A program made the translations under genes and the position numbers. The notes under the pieces are model-generated. The model saw nothing but the letters and a program-made list of their open reading frames with translations, was not told where the DNA came from and ran no database searches. From the NCBI GenBank assembly GCA_902526825.1, contig CABZMN010000001.1, forward strand, positions 7,819 through 71,818: a stretch of 64,000 nucleotides of DNA, read 5' to 3'. Of this stretch, positions 19,094 to 28,557 are shown piece by piece (within the stretch, counting starts at the first letter, position 1; each line of letters starts with the position of its first letter). The DNA is from an uncultured Candidatus Actinomarina sp. (lineage in GTDB: Bacteria; Actinomycetota; Acidimicrobiia; Actinomarinales; Actinomarinaceae).

Positions 19094-21016
19094 GTGCCAA
19101 AAAAAGATTCAAAAAGCTATGATTCTAAAGACATAAAGGTCTTAGAAGGTCTAGAAGCGGTAAGAAAAAGACCAGCAATGTATATTGGTTCGACCGGACC
19201 AAATGGCCTCCACCATCTAGTTTGGGAAGTTGTGGACAACTCTGTTGACGAAGCAATGGCGGGAAGGTGTACACAAATTGACGTAATACTTGAAAAAAAC
19301 GGCTCAGTCACAGTAAAAGACAATGGAAGTGGAATACCCGTAAAGCCCCACCCTAAAACAAAAAAATCTGCCCTAACAACGGTCTTAACAACACTACACG
19401 CCGGAGGAAAGTTTGAGTCTGGAGCCTACACAGTAAGCGGTGGCCTACATGGAGTTGGTATTTCGGTAGTAAACGCACTTTCTGTTTTTGTGAAAGTTGA
19501 GGTAGAAAGAGATGGACACGTGTGGGATCAAAATTTTGATTATGGAAAGCCGACATCAAAAATTAAAAAAGGAAAAGCTTCCAAAAAAACAGGAACAAAA
19601 ATAAACTTCCTGGCTGATCCAGAAATATTTGACGAAACACAAGTTTTTGAATACAACATTGTTTCGGAAAGATTAAGACAAACAGCATTTTTAAACAAAG
19701 GCCTCAAGATTAATTTAACCGACAACAGAGTGAAACCAGCAACAAAAGAACAGTTCTTTTATAAAGGTGGTTTGGTTGATTTTGTTGATTATTTAAACGA
19801 GGGGTTTGAGGTTCTTCATGAAAAAACAATTTCATTTTCAGATCAAAGCAAGGACTCAGAAATAGAAGTTGCAATGCAGTGGAAAAACGAAGACGACGTA
19901 AATATAAAAAGCTTTGCAAACAACATACACACCCTTGAAGGGGGAACTCACGAAGAAGGTCTTAGAACTGCAGTTACTAAAGCAATAAACGACTTTGCTA
20001 AATCTAGAAACCTGCACTCTGATATTTCTTTAACGGGTGACGACATAAGAGAAGGCCTAACGGGTGTTGTTTCTGTGAGGGTGAAAGAACCACAATTCGA
20101 AGGTCAAACAAAAACAAAACTTGGAAATACTGAAATGAAATCTAAAGTACAAGTTCTAGTAAACCAAGAATTTCCAAAATGGCTTTCTAAAAACACAAAA
20201 GAGGGCCGAGCTATCGTCGAGAGGTGCGCTGTTGCGGCAAAAGCAAGAATGAGTGCAAAGAAAGCAAGAGAGCTTACTAAAAGAAAAAGCATACTTGAAA
20301 CATCAGGCCTTCCAGGAAAGCTAGCAGACTGTTCATCAACAGACCCATCAGAAAGTGAATTATTTATTGTAGAGGGAGATTCTGCTGCTGGTCCCGCCAA
20401 GCAAGCAAGAGACTCAAGGACGCAAGCAATCCTACCAATCAGGGGAAAAATTATTAACGTTCAAAAAGTTACAGAGAATAGAGCTTTACAAAATGAAGAA
20501 ATAAGTTCTCTTATCAAGGCAATTGGGACAGGAATAAAAGCAGAATATAACGGTGAAGAATCAAGGTATGACAAAATTATATTTTTAACAGATGCTGACG
20601 TTGATGGCGCACACATTAGAACCTTATTGTTAACATTCTTCTTTAAATTTATGCCCGGACTCATTAAAGAAGGAAAGGTTTGGATCTCCGAACCTCCACT
20701 TTATAGAGCTAAGTCTTCTGGTTCAATAAATTATTTGAAAGACGATCAAGCCCTTGAAAGTTTTAAAAAAGAAAACAAAAATAAGAAATTCGATATCAGC
20801 AGGTTCAAAGGTCTTGGAGAAATGAACGCAGGAGAGCTTTGGGACACTGCAATGAATCCAGAAAGTAGAACCCTTATAAAAGTAAGCATTGCTGATGGAA
20901 AGGCAGCCGAAGCTAGAGCAGCAAATATGTTCGAAGTACTAATGGGCAACGACGTAGCAAAAAGAAAGACTTTTATTGAGGAAAATGCCAAAGATGTAAG
21001 GTTCTTGGACGTATAA
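19094..21016 (+). CDS. gyrB: DNA gyrase subunit B
   Basis: LEAVRKRPAMYIGS, GLHHLVWEVVDNSVDEA, GGLHGVG, EGDSAGG, PIRGKILN-like PIRGKIINV and DADVDGAHI. Confidence 0.95.
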   Translation: MPKKDSKSYDSKDIKVLEGLEAVRKRPAMYIGSTGPNGLHHLVWEVVDNSVDEAMAGRCTQIDVILEKNGSVTVKDNGSGIPVKPHPKTKKSALTTVLTTLHAGGKFESGAYTVSGGLHGVGISVVNALSVFVKVEVERDGHVWDQNFDYGKPTSKIKKGKASKKTGTKINFLADPEIFDETQVFEYNIVSERLRQTAFLNKGLKINLTDNRVKPATKEQFFYKGGLVDFVDYLNEGFEVLHEKTISFSDQSKDSEIEVAMQWKNEDDVNIKSFANNIHTLEGGTHEEGLRTAVTKAINDFAKSRNLHSDISLTGDDIREGLTGVVSVRVKEPQFEGQTKTKLGNTEMKSKVQVLVNQEFPKWLSKNTKEGRAIVERCAVAAKARMSAKKARELTKRKSILETSGLPGKLADCSSTDPSESELFIVEGDSAAGPAKQARDSRTQAILPIRGKIINVQKVTENRALQNEEISSLIKAIGTGIKAEYNGEESRYDKIIFLTDADVDGAHIRTLLLTFFFKFMPGLIKEGKVWISEPPLYRAKSSGSINYLKDDQALESFKKENKNKKFDISRFKGLGEMNAGELWDTAMNPESRTLIKVSIADGKAAEARAANMFEVLMGNDVAKRKTFIEENAKDVRFLDV

Positions 21017-21017
21017 T

Positions 21018-23528
21018 ATGGCAGCCAAGAAACCAGCAGCCAAGAAACCAGCAGCCAAGAAACCAGCAGCCAAGAAACCAAAAACCGCTACTGCTACAAA
21101 GAAAAAACCAACAACTAAACCTGATACACTAAACGGTTCAATTGCTGTCGAAGATGAAATTTCTAAGTCATTCTTAGATTATGCTATGTCGGTTATTGTT
21201 TCCAGAGCTCTTCCAGATGTAAAGGATGGATTAAAACCAGTACAAAGAAGAATTTTATACTCAATGTATGAAACAGGAATTAGACCAACAGGACCTTTCA
21301 GAAAGTGTTCAAAGGTTGTAGGTGATGTTATGGGTAATTATCATCCACATGGAAACGACGCTATATACGGAACCCTAGTAAGGTTGGGACAAAATTTTAG
21401 TACTAGATACCCCCTGATTGAACCACAGGGTAACTTTGGAACCCCGGATGATCCACCTGCTGCTATGAGGTATACAGAGTCTCGAATGTCTTCCCTGTCT
21501 TCACAGCTATTAGATGGAATTGATGAAGAGACAGTAGACTTTGAGCCTAATTATTCCGGAGAGACAAGCGAACCAAAAGTATTACCAGGAAGATTTCCAA
21601 ACCTTTTAATTAACGGAGCTGAGGGTATCGCAGTTGCTATGGCAACAAATATGCCACCCTACAATCTGAAAGAGATTACAGAGGCCGTTAAATTTACATT
21701 AAAAACAAAAGATCCGAAACCACGAGATTATTTAAAAATAATAAAAGGTCCAGATTTTCCTACAGGAGGATTAATTGTAGACACTCCAACCATAAAAGAA
21801 GCAATACTTAAAGGTAGGGGGTCTATAAAACTACGAGCTGTTGCAGACATAGAAGAACTAGGAAAAGGCAGATCTGCAATTATTGTTAAAGAGCTTCCTT
21901 ATCAGGCTTCAATTGACAGAATTATGGAAAAAATAGCATCTTTGGTACAGGACAAAAAATTAACCGGGGTCTCAGACCTAAGGAATGAAAGTAGTGACAG
22001 AAATGGAACCAGACTCGTTGTTGAGTTAAAAAGAGATGCCGTACCACAAGTTGTATTAAATGATCTTTTTAAATTTACACAACTTCAAGATACTTTTTCA
22101 GTTAATTCAGTGGCCCTTGTTGAAGGAGTGCCTAAAGTATTATCGGTTCCTGAACTTATTAGGTACTACGTTGATCATCAAATAGATGTAATTCAAAGAA
22201 GATCTAATTACAGGCTTGAAAAGGCAAAAGCACGGTTACATATCGTTGATGGCTTATTGCTTGCATTGAATAAAATCGATCAAATAATTAAAGTTATTAA
22301 ATCTTCCAAAGACGTGGAGGTAGCAAGAAAATCAATAATGAGTAAATTTAAATTATCAGAAATACAGGCAACACACATTCTTGATATGCCCCTAAGAAGG
22401 TTGACCGCATTGGAAAAAGAAAAGCTCGAAGACGAAAAGAAAGAACTCAAAGAAACAATTAAAGACCTTACAGCAATATTAAAAAGCAGAGCAAAACAAA
22501 ATCAAATACTTATTGAAGAGCTTGATGCAATAACGGACAAGTTTGGTGATGAAAGAAGATCCAGAATTGTTCCAGATGTTGGAGAGGTAAAAATTGAAGA
22601 CTTAATTGAGGACGAGGAAATTATTGTTTCCATCTCATCTGAAGGTTATATAAAATCAGTTCCTTCAACCTCCTATAAAAAACAAGGTAGAGGAGGCAAG
22701 GGTGTTAAAGCAGCTTCTTCAGAAGAAGATGTAATTGAGCACCTCCTTTCAACATCTGTTCACTCTTATTTACTTTTCTTTACTGACAATGGAAAAGTAT
22801 ACAGAGCCAAGGCACATGAAATTCCAAAAACAAATAGGACTGCAAAAGGATCTTTAATCCACAATGTACTTTCAATGGGACAAGATGAAAAAGTTCAGGC
22901 AATAATTGATACAAGGGATTATGAAACAGAAAAATTCTTATTAATAATGACCGAGAAAGGAACGGTAAAAAAATCAAAATTCAAAGATTTTGACTCAAAC
23001 TATAAATCATTACAAGCCATAAAGCTAAAGGATGGTGACAAAGTTGTTTCTGTAAAAACAACGTCTGGGAAAGAAGACATAATACTTGTTTCTCAAAAGG
23101 GACAAGCAATAAGATTCGACGAAAATAATCTCAAAGCTCAAGGTAGATCAGCAATGGGAGTTAGAGGAATAAAACTTCGTGAAGGAGACAAGGTTGTAGG
23201 TGCAGCAACATCCAGAGAGGAAACACTCTTATTTATTACGGCCAAAGGATATGGAAAGCGAACAAAATTAGATGAATTCAGAAGAGCTGGACGAGGAGGG
23301 CTTGGAGTCAAGGCTCTTAAGGTTACGGAAGCCAAAGGAGATTTAATTGGCGCTGGACCCGTTGATGAAGATACAGAGGTTATGCTTATGAGTACTGGTG
23401 GAACAGCAATAAGATGTGCTGTAAAACAAATAAAACAAATGAGTAGAGTTGCTCAAGGAGTAAAGGTTATGAAACTTTCAAAAGAAGAGGAAATATCTGC
23501 CTTTATTCCAATTAAAAATGAATCGTAA
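21018..23528 (+). CDS. gyrA: DNA gyrase subunit A with a ~40-aa Lys/Pro/Ala-rich N-terminal extension
   Basis: FLDYAMSVIVSRALPDVKDGLKPVQRRILY, HPHGNDAIYGTLVRLGQ and AAMRYTE (catalytic Tyr). A C-terminal beta-pinwheel repeat region is present. Confidence 0.95.
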   Translation: MAAKKPAAKKPAAKKPAAKKPKTATATKKKPTTKPDTLNGSIAVEDEISKSFLDYAMSVIVSRALPDVKDGLKPVQRRILYSMYETGIRPTGPFRKCSKVVGDVMGNYHPHGNDAIYGTLVRLGQNFSTRYPLIEPQGNFGTPDDPPAAMRYTESRMSSLSSQLLDGIDEETVDFEPNYSGETSEPKVLPGRFPNLLINGAEGIAVAMATNMPPYNLKEITEAVKFTLKTKDPKPRDYLKIIKGPDFPTGGLIVDTPTIKEAILKGRGSIKLRAVADIEELGKGRSAIIVKELPYQASIDRIMEKIASLVQDKKLTGVSDLRNESSDRNGTRLVVELKRDAVPQVVLNDLFKFTQLQDTFSVNSVALVEGVPKVLSVPELIRYYVDHQIDVIQRRSNYRLEKAKARLHIVDGLLLALNKIDQIIKVIKSSKDVEVARKSIMSKFKLSEIQATHILDMPLRRLTALEKEKLEDEKKELKETIKDLTAILKSRAKQNQILIEELDAITDKFGDERRSRIVPDVGEVKIEDLIEDEEIIVSISSEGYIKSVPSTSYKKQGRGGKGVKAASSEEDVIEHLLSTSVHSYLLFFTDNGKVYRAKAHEIPKTNRTAKGSLIHNVLSMGQDEKVQAIIDTRDYETEKFLLIMTEKGTVKKSKFKDFDSNYKSLQAIKLKDGDKVVSVKTTSGKEDIILVSQKGQAIRFDENNLKAQGRSAMGVRGIKLREGDKVVGAATSREETLLFITAKGYGKRTKLDEFRRAGRGGLGVKALKVTEAKGDLIGAGPVDEDTEVMLMSTGGTAIRCAVKQIKQMSRVAQGVKVMKLSKEEEISAFIPIKNES
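21021..21080 (+). repeat. Four perfect 15-nt tandem repeats (gcagccaagaaacca) encoding (AAKKP)x4 at the GyrA N-terminus
   Basis: Exact copies at 21021, 21036, 21051 and 21066, in frame with gyrA. Confidence 0.95.
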
Positions 23529-24118
23529 TGGTAAGAGTAAACCGAGTTAGAAGAATTATAAGAAAGGTTGATCCTTGGACTGTCTTAAAAGTTTCTTTTG
23601 TCTTCAACTTTATTATTTCGTTAACAATTGTTCTTGGATTTTCAATTTTATGGGTTTTACTTGTAAACGCTGGGGTTCCTCAAGGACTTGAAGAAATTGC
23701 AAGAAGACTAGCACTACTGGACGACAATGCATCTCTGGTTGGAAATGTAGAAACTTTATTTTCTAGTGTCTTATTTTTTGCAACTGTATATTTATTAACT
23801 CAAACAGCAATAGCAACTCTAGGAGCGTTCTTTTATAACCTAATTTCAGATTTGGTTGGTGGAATCGAGGTAATAGTACTGGAGGAGTCATATAACGAAA
23901 CTGGCTCAAAACCTACCAGTGATAACACCAGGAATGAAAACACAGAAACTGCAGCAATGCCTGTTGCAAAAACGTTGGGAAGATTTAGGAAACAAAAAAA
24001 TAGAAATGACGATTTCATGGTTCCAGAAATGCCCAGACCAGATGTTCCAAGAGACATTGAAGAAGAAACACTAACAGAAACTTTAAAAAGTTATCCTGAG
24101 AACGATACTGAACAATAA
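23528..24118 (+). CDS. DUF3566-type membrane protein (Rv0007-like)
   Basis: VRRIIRKVDPWTVLKVSFVFNFIISL... with two TM segments. The post-gyrA position is conserved in actinobacteria. Confidence 0.7.
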   Translation: MVRVNRVRRIIRKVDPWTVLKVSFVFNFIISLTIVLGFSILWVLLVNAGVPQGLEEIARRLALLDDNASLVGNVETLFSSVLFFATVYLLTQTAIATLGAFFYNLISDLVGGIEVIVLEESYNETGSKPTSDNTRNENTETAAMPVAKTLGRFRKQKNRNDDFMVPEMPRPDVPRDIEEETLTETLKSYPENDTEQ

Positions 24119-24139
24119 TTTTTGCTACAATTAATCACT

Positions 24140-24297
24140 AAATAAACAAAGTAAGAAAGCGAAGCTAGTGAGAATCTAGCGCTGTCCCGCAACTGTGATT
24201 CGAAAGATAAGTCAGGTCGACTTTATTACTTTTTTACAACAATCCTCGAGAGAAGGAATGGAGTATCGTACTTTTTCTCGTGGTAAGAAAGGAAAAT
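24140..24297 (+). promoter_or_regulatory. Cobalamin riboswitch (short, AdoCbl-variant-like)
   Basis: AGCGAAGCTAGTGAGAATCTAGCGCTGTCCCGCAACTGTGA matches the core ...GGUGaAAaUCC...CCCGCcACUGU. GATAAGTCAGGTCGAC is the B12 box. Only ~20 nt separate ACTGT from the B12 box, so the large peripheral extension appears to be absent. Confidence 0.7.
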
Positions 24298-25269
24298 ATG
24301 AAAACAAAAATACTTCTTCTTGCCATGATAATTTCAATGTGTGGTGGCACATCCGACGAAGGTAATGAAAAAAACATTATTTCATTATCAACCACTCATA
24401 CAGAAATTATTCAAATGCTTGAAGCTGAGAACCAGCTAATTGGTGTTGATTCGTTCTCAGAGACAGAACTTCCAGTAAAAAAAATAGATGCCTATACAGT
24501 TACAGCTGATGAGCTTCTTTTACTCAATCCAGATATTGTAATCGTTGCTTTTGACTTTAACGGTATAGTAGATGGATTAGAAAATTTAAATATTGAATAT
24601 GCTCTCCTTCCACCTGCACAAAATTTGGATGACGTTTATTACCAAATTGAAACCATTGGAACAATTATTAACAAAGAAAATACAGCAAGTTCTTTAGTTT
24701 TAGAAATGAAATCTGACATTGTTGAAATTATTGAGAACTCAGCAACTGAATCTATATCTGTTTATCACGAAATTGGCTACACATATGGCATATATTCAAT
24801 TAATGAAAATTCTTTTTTAGGAGAAATTTACAATATTCTTGGTGTAAGTAATATTGCAGACAAGACTGAAGACCCCTACGGATCTGGTTACCCACTTCTT
24901 GAAGAAGAACAGGTCTTAAATGCAAACCCTGATCTAATCGTAATTGGACACTCTGACTTTTTGAATAAAGACATCTCAACAAGACAAGGCTGGGATGGTC
25001 TTAATGCCGTATCAAATGAGAATGTTTATTTCCTCGATGAAAACTTAGCAAATAATTGGGGTGTAAATACTGTTGATTTGATAAATACATTATCTGAAAT
25101 AATAAAATTTAATGAAGATCCTGGCTTAGTTTATAAATCAAAATATTTAGAAAGTGATCTTGGCAGTTCAGACAGTACTCAAAACATCATCATTGCAACA
25201 ATAATTGTGATAATCTTGACAGCGTACATAGTTATTACCCGAAGGAATAAGAGTAAAGTACAAAGTTAA
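24298..25269 (+). CDS. BtuF/FecB-type (cluster A) ABC substrate-binding lipoprotein with an extra C-terminal TM anchor
   Basis: The track lists GTG 24280; ATG 24298 has a GAAAGGA RBS. Lipobox IISMCGG. IISLSTTHTEIIQMLEAENQLIGVDSFS and NPDIVIV/NPDLIVIG are typical of PF01497-like binding proteins. The C-terminus IIIATIIVIILTAYIVITRRNKSK is a TM helix with a basic stop-transfer. Confidence 0.7.
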   Translation: MKTKILLLAMIISMCGGTSDEGNEKNIISLSTTHTEIIQMLEAENQLIGVDSFSETELPVKKIDAYTVTADELLLLNPDIVIVAFDFNGIVDGLENLNIEYALLPPAQNLDDVYYQIETIGTIINKENTASSLVLEMKSDIVEIIENSATESISVYHEIGYTYGIYSINENSFLGEIYNILGVSNIADKTEDPYGSGYPLLEEEQVLNANPDLIVIGHSDFLNKDISTRQGWDGLNAVSNENVYFLDENLANNWGVNTVDLINTLSEIIKFNEDPGLVYKSKYLESDLGSSDSTQNIIIATIIVIILTAYIVITRRNKSKVQS

Positions 25270-25283
25270 GGAGATAAATTACC

Positions 25284-26192
25284 ATGAAGGGTTATTCTAA
25301 TGAGCTCTACATACTTGCATTTGACCACAGAGGAACTCTAACAAAAGGTCTTTTAGGTGTAGAAGGAAGACCGCCTAACGAGGAAGAAGCATCAAGAGTG
25401 TCTTCAATGAAAGATATTATTTTTGATGGATTTATAGAAGCTAAAGAAACAGGTATTGGGACAGGTGAACCCGCAATACTTGTTGACGAGACTTTTGGAT
25501 TACAAGTGCAACAAAAAGCAAAAGAAATGGGTGTTAAGTTCGCAGCCCCTGTTGAGAAATCAGGTCAAAAAGTATTTGATTTTGAGTATGGTGATGAATT
25601 TGGAGAAAAGATAAAAGAAGTGAATGCTGATTTTGTAAAAATTTTAGTCAGATGGAATCCAAATGATGATGAAGAAACTAGAGAAGTTCAAGGTAGAAGA
25701 ATAAAAACATTATCTGATTGGCTTGAAGAAAATGAAAGAAAATTTTTGCTGGAATTTCTAGTCCCTGCGACTGAAGAGCAATTGTCGAGTGTAGATGGAG
25801 ATCAATCAAGATACGATTCAGAAATAAGGCCTAAACTAGCAGTTCAGGTTGTTGAAGAGATGAGAGAAAAAGGAGCAGACCCTGACATTTGGAAGATAGA
25901 AGGATTAGACACAAAAGAAGATTGTGAAAAAGTCTCGTCTGCAATCAAAGACGGTGGAAGAGATGATGTAATAGCCGTTGTTCTTGGTAGGGGTGCAAAT
26001 GACGAAAAAGTTAATGAGTGGCTGAGGGCTGGATCATCTGTTGATGGATATAGTGGCTTTGCGATAGGTAGGTCTATATTTTGGAACTCACTTAAAGGAT
26101 GGCATGAAAATGAAAAGTCAAGAGAAGAAGCCGTATCAGAAATAGCCAATTCATATTTAAATTTTATCTCTGTATATCAAAACGGGAGCTAA
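25284..26192 (+). CDS. Putative class I aldolase of the LacD/DeoC/DUF2090 TIM-barrel type
   Basis: YILAFDHRGTL, VKILVRWNP, WKIEG and GFAIGRSIFW resemble the tagatose-bisphosphate/DUF2090 aldolase pattern. Family-level call only. Confidence 0.5.
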   Translation: MKGYSNELYILAFDHRGTLTKGLLGVEGRPPNEEEASRVSSMKDIIFDGFIEAKETGIGTGEPAILVDETFGLQVQQKAKEMGVKFAAPVEKSGQKVFDFEYGDEFGEKIKEVNADFVKILVRWNPNDDEETREVQGRRIKTLSDWLEENERKFLLEFLVPATEEQLSSVDGDQSRYDSEIRPKLAVQVVEEMREKGADPDIWKIEGLDTKEDCEKVSSAIKDGGRDDVIAVVLGRGANDEKVNEWLRAGSSVDGYSGFAIGRSIFWNSLKGWHENEKSREEAVSEIANSYLNFISVYQNGS

Positions 26193-26195
26193 GAA

Positions 26196-27398
26196 ATGCC
26201 TATTGGCAAAGCGGTAATCGGTCAATCAGGTGGTCCGACAGCTGTAATTAATAAGTCACTAGTTGGCTTCATAAAAGAGGCTATTAATCAGGAATACGAT
26301 GAAATACTTGGAGCAAGACACGGACTGGAGGGGATATTAAAGGAAGATTTTGTTGATTTATCTAAACTTTCAGAGTCTCAACTTTATGGAATATCAAAAA
26401 CACCTGCAGCTGCTTTAGGCTCAGTAAGAAAAAAACCAACGGAGAATGATATTGAGCAATTAGTTTCAATCTTTGAGAAACAAAACATAAGATATTTTTT
26501 CTACATCGGTGGAAATGATTCTGCAGAAACTGCAAATCTTGTATATGAGGGTGCAAAAAAAATAGGATATGAAATTAAAGCCTTTCATATTCCTAAAACT
26601 ATAGATAATGACCTCTTGGAAACGGATCATTGTCCAGGTTATGGTTCAGCAGCCCGATTTGTTGCTCATGCATTTCAAGGGGATGATGCTGACAACAGGA
26701 GCCTTAGAGGAATAAAAATCAATATTTTAATGGGGAGGCATGCTGGATGGCTTACCGCTGCCAGCACTTTAGGAAAATCAACTGAAGAAGATGGTCCACA
26801 TTTAGTTTATGTACCTGAAAAAATATTTAATTTAGATGAATTTTTAAAGGATGTAAAAGAAGTTTACGATTCATTAGGAAGATGTGTAGTTGCTGTATCC
26901 GAAGGCATTCACAATAAAGATGGTGAGTACTTTCTCCAAACATACGCAAGCGAGACAGGTTCTGGACTTGCAGGAAAAAAAGATAGCCACGGAAACATCC
27001 AGCTCTCTGGTTCGGGAGCCTTAGGAGATACACTTACAAACATTGTCTCAGAACATATTGAAGGAGCGAGGGTAAGAGCAGATACGTTTGGCTATCTTCA
27101 GAGATCTTTTCTTGCAGATATTTCGGAAGTAGACGCTGAAGAAGCCGAGAGGGTTGGACAGCATGCAGTTGTAGTTTCAAAAGATAAAGAAAGCGGATCA
27201 ATTATTCTAAGAAGACAGTTTTCAGAAACTTATTATTGCCATGTAGATGTTGTTGAATTACATAAGGTTGCAAAACACACAAAAAATATGCCTGAAGAAT
27301 ATCTAGAAAAAAATAAGCCGTATGTAACAAACAGTTTTTTTGAATACGCAATGCCTTTAACTGGAGGTATAGAACCTAAAACACAGATATTTGTTTAG
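26196..27398 (+). CDS. pfp: 6-phosphofructokinase, predicted pyrophosphate-dependent
   Basis: GQSGGPTAVIN, IGGNDS, IPKTIDNDL and MGRHAGWL. Asp at the fourth position of GG(D/N)xS and Lys in PKTIDND are the residues that distinguish PPi-PFK from ATP-PFK. Confidence 0.8.
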   Translation: MPIGKAVIGQSGGPTAVINKSLVGFIKEAINQEYDEILGARHGLEGILKEDFVDLSKLSESQLYGISKTPAAALGSVRKKPTENDIEQLVSIFEKQNIRYFFYIGGNDSAETANLVYEGAKKIGYEIKAFHIPKTIDNDLLETDHCPGYGSAARFVAHAFQGDDADNRSLRGIKINILMGRHAGWLTAASTLGKSTEEDGPHLVYVPEKIFNLDEFLKDVKEVYDSLGRCVVAVSEGIHNKDGEYFLQTYASETGSGLAGKKDSHGNIQLSGSGALGDTLTNIVSEHIEGARVRADTFGYLQRSFLADISEVDAEEAERVGQHAVVVSKDKESGSIILRRQFSETYYCHVDVVELHKVAKHTKNMPEEYLEKNKPYVTNSFFEYAMPLTGGIEPKTQIFV

Positions 27399-27452
27399 AG
27401 GTCAAAAAAATTAAATTCTTTATGATTTAATAATTATTATTAATACATAAAC

Positions 27453-27956
27453 ATGAAAAAAATAAGCATACTCTTTTTTATTTTATTTTTTAATATCTGC
27501 AGTACCTCAGAAAATGGGGTTATTTCAATTTCTGAAAACACAACAACAACCCAAATCATAAATGAAGAAGATTATCCATTGGTTTTAGCAAAGTGTTTAA
27601 ATGAAGAAAAGGGCTATCAAATTATAACTCCTTTTGATTTAGAGGATTTAAAAACAACAATAAACCAGTTAAGACAAAGTAAGGAAGACGAGTTAGAACT
27701 TGGAGAAGCTATCGATTTTTGTATTGATAAATACAACCTATGGATGGATCGAAGCACTTTAAACCCAGAAGAACTGGCAAGTTTGTATGATGAAAATATT
27801 TCTTTGGCAAGATGTCTGAGAGAAAAAGGTCTTAATGTACCCGATCCAACTCAAGATCAACCTAAAATTGACCTAAGCAACTTAGTTCAATCAAAAGATG
27901 AAATAATTGCTTTATTAGACGAATGTGAGCTTGATGAAAAAACAAACAAAAAATAA
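27453..27956 (+). CDS. Acidic lipoprotein, Cys-repeat paralogue A (two C...C modules)
   Basis: Signal peptide with lipobox FFNIC|S. Modules LAKCLNEEKGYQIITP...IDFC and LARCLREKGLNVPDP...LDEC. Confidence 0.75.
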   Translation: MKKISILFFILFFNICSTSENGVISISENTTTTQIINEEDYPLVLAKCLNEEKGYQIITPFDLEDLKTTINQLRQSKEDELELGEAIDFCIDKYNLWMDRSTLNPEELASLYDENISLARCLREKGLNVPDPTQDQPKIDLSNLVQSKDEIIALLDECELDEKTNKK

Positions 27957-28533
27957 GTTCTTTATATTATTAATTTGTTTACTAGTACAGGCTTGTTCAG
28001 CTTCGAATGAGCAAAAAGGAGTCGTTTCTTCAGAAGACTTAACAACACAAACAACTATTAAAACAGTAACAACAGTCCAGGATAGCCCTGAAGTTGAAGT
28101 TCTAACAGAAGAGGAAGCACAGCTAATACTTGCAGGATGTTTAAGGGAAAAGGGTTATGACGTCTCAGATCCAAAAAATGATGAGGGCTTAAGAACAGTT
28201 TTAACACCGATATTTATTAGTTTCAATGAAAAACAGAGGGAGGAGTTGTTTGACAATATACAATTGTGTGCAGAGGAGAACTCTATTCCACTTGAAAGCA
28301 ACAATAACTTTGAAAATCCTGCTGATGTTGCTGATAGACTTGATACCGAACTTGAGTTTGCGCAGTGTCTAAGAGGTAAAGGAATAGATGTTTCTGATCC
28401 ATCATCTGAGGAACCATTAAGGCCAATACTTATTGAACTTGTACAGTCACAAAAATATACAGCAGATCAAATTCGAGAGGCTGCTGCTGAGTGCTTTGAC
28501 GACCTAGGGCTTGATCCTCCTCCTGGCGGGTAA
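27934..28533 (+). CDS. Acidic lipoprotein, Cys-repeat paralogue B
   Basis: The track start is GTG 27925; ATG 27934 gives MKKQTKNKFFILLICLLVQAC|S. Modules LAGCLREKGYDVSDP...IQLC and FAQCLRGKGIDVSDP...AAEC. Overlaps paralogue A by 23 nt. Confidence 0.75.
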   Translation: MKKQTKNKFFILLICLLVQACSASNEQKGVVSSEDLTTQTTIKTVTTVQDSPEVEVLTEEEAQLILAGCLREKGYDVSDPKNDEGLRTVLTPIFISFNEKQREELFDNIQLCAEENSIPLESNNNFENPADVADRLDTELEFAQCLRGKGIDVSDPSSEEPLRPILIELVQSQKYTADQIREAAAECFDDLGLDPPPGG

Positions 28534-28557
28534 TAAAAAATACTTTATAATTCTGAT

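Noticed and set aside
21021-21080. Tandem repeats considered as a CRISPR or other non-coding array (also 264..317)
   Set aside because: The units are 15 and 18 nt, directly abutting with no spacers, and in frame within gyrA and znuA. They are coding microsatellite-like repeats, not CRISPR.
20746-21081. Minus-strand ORF with an MVSWLLVSWLLVSWLLVSW repeat
   Set aside because: It is the mirror image of the gyrA AAKKP tandem repeat and the gyrB 3' end. Both plus-strand genes are unambiguous.
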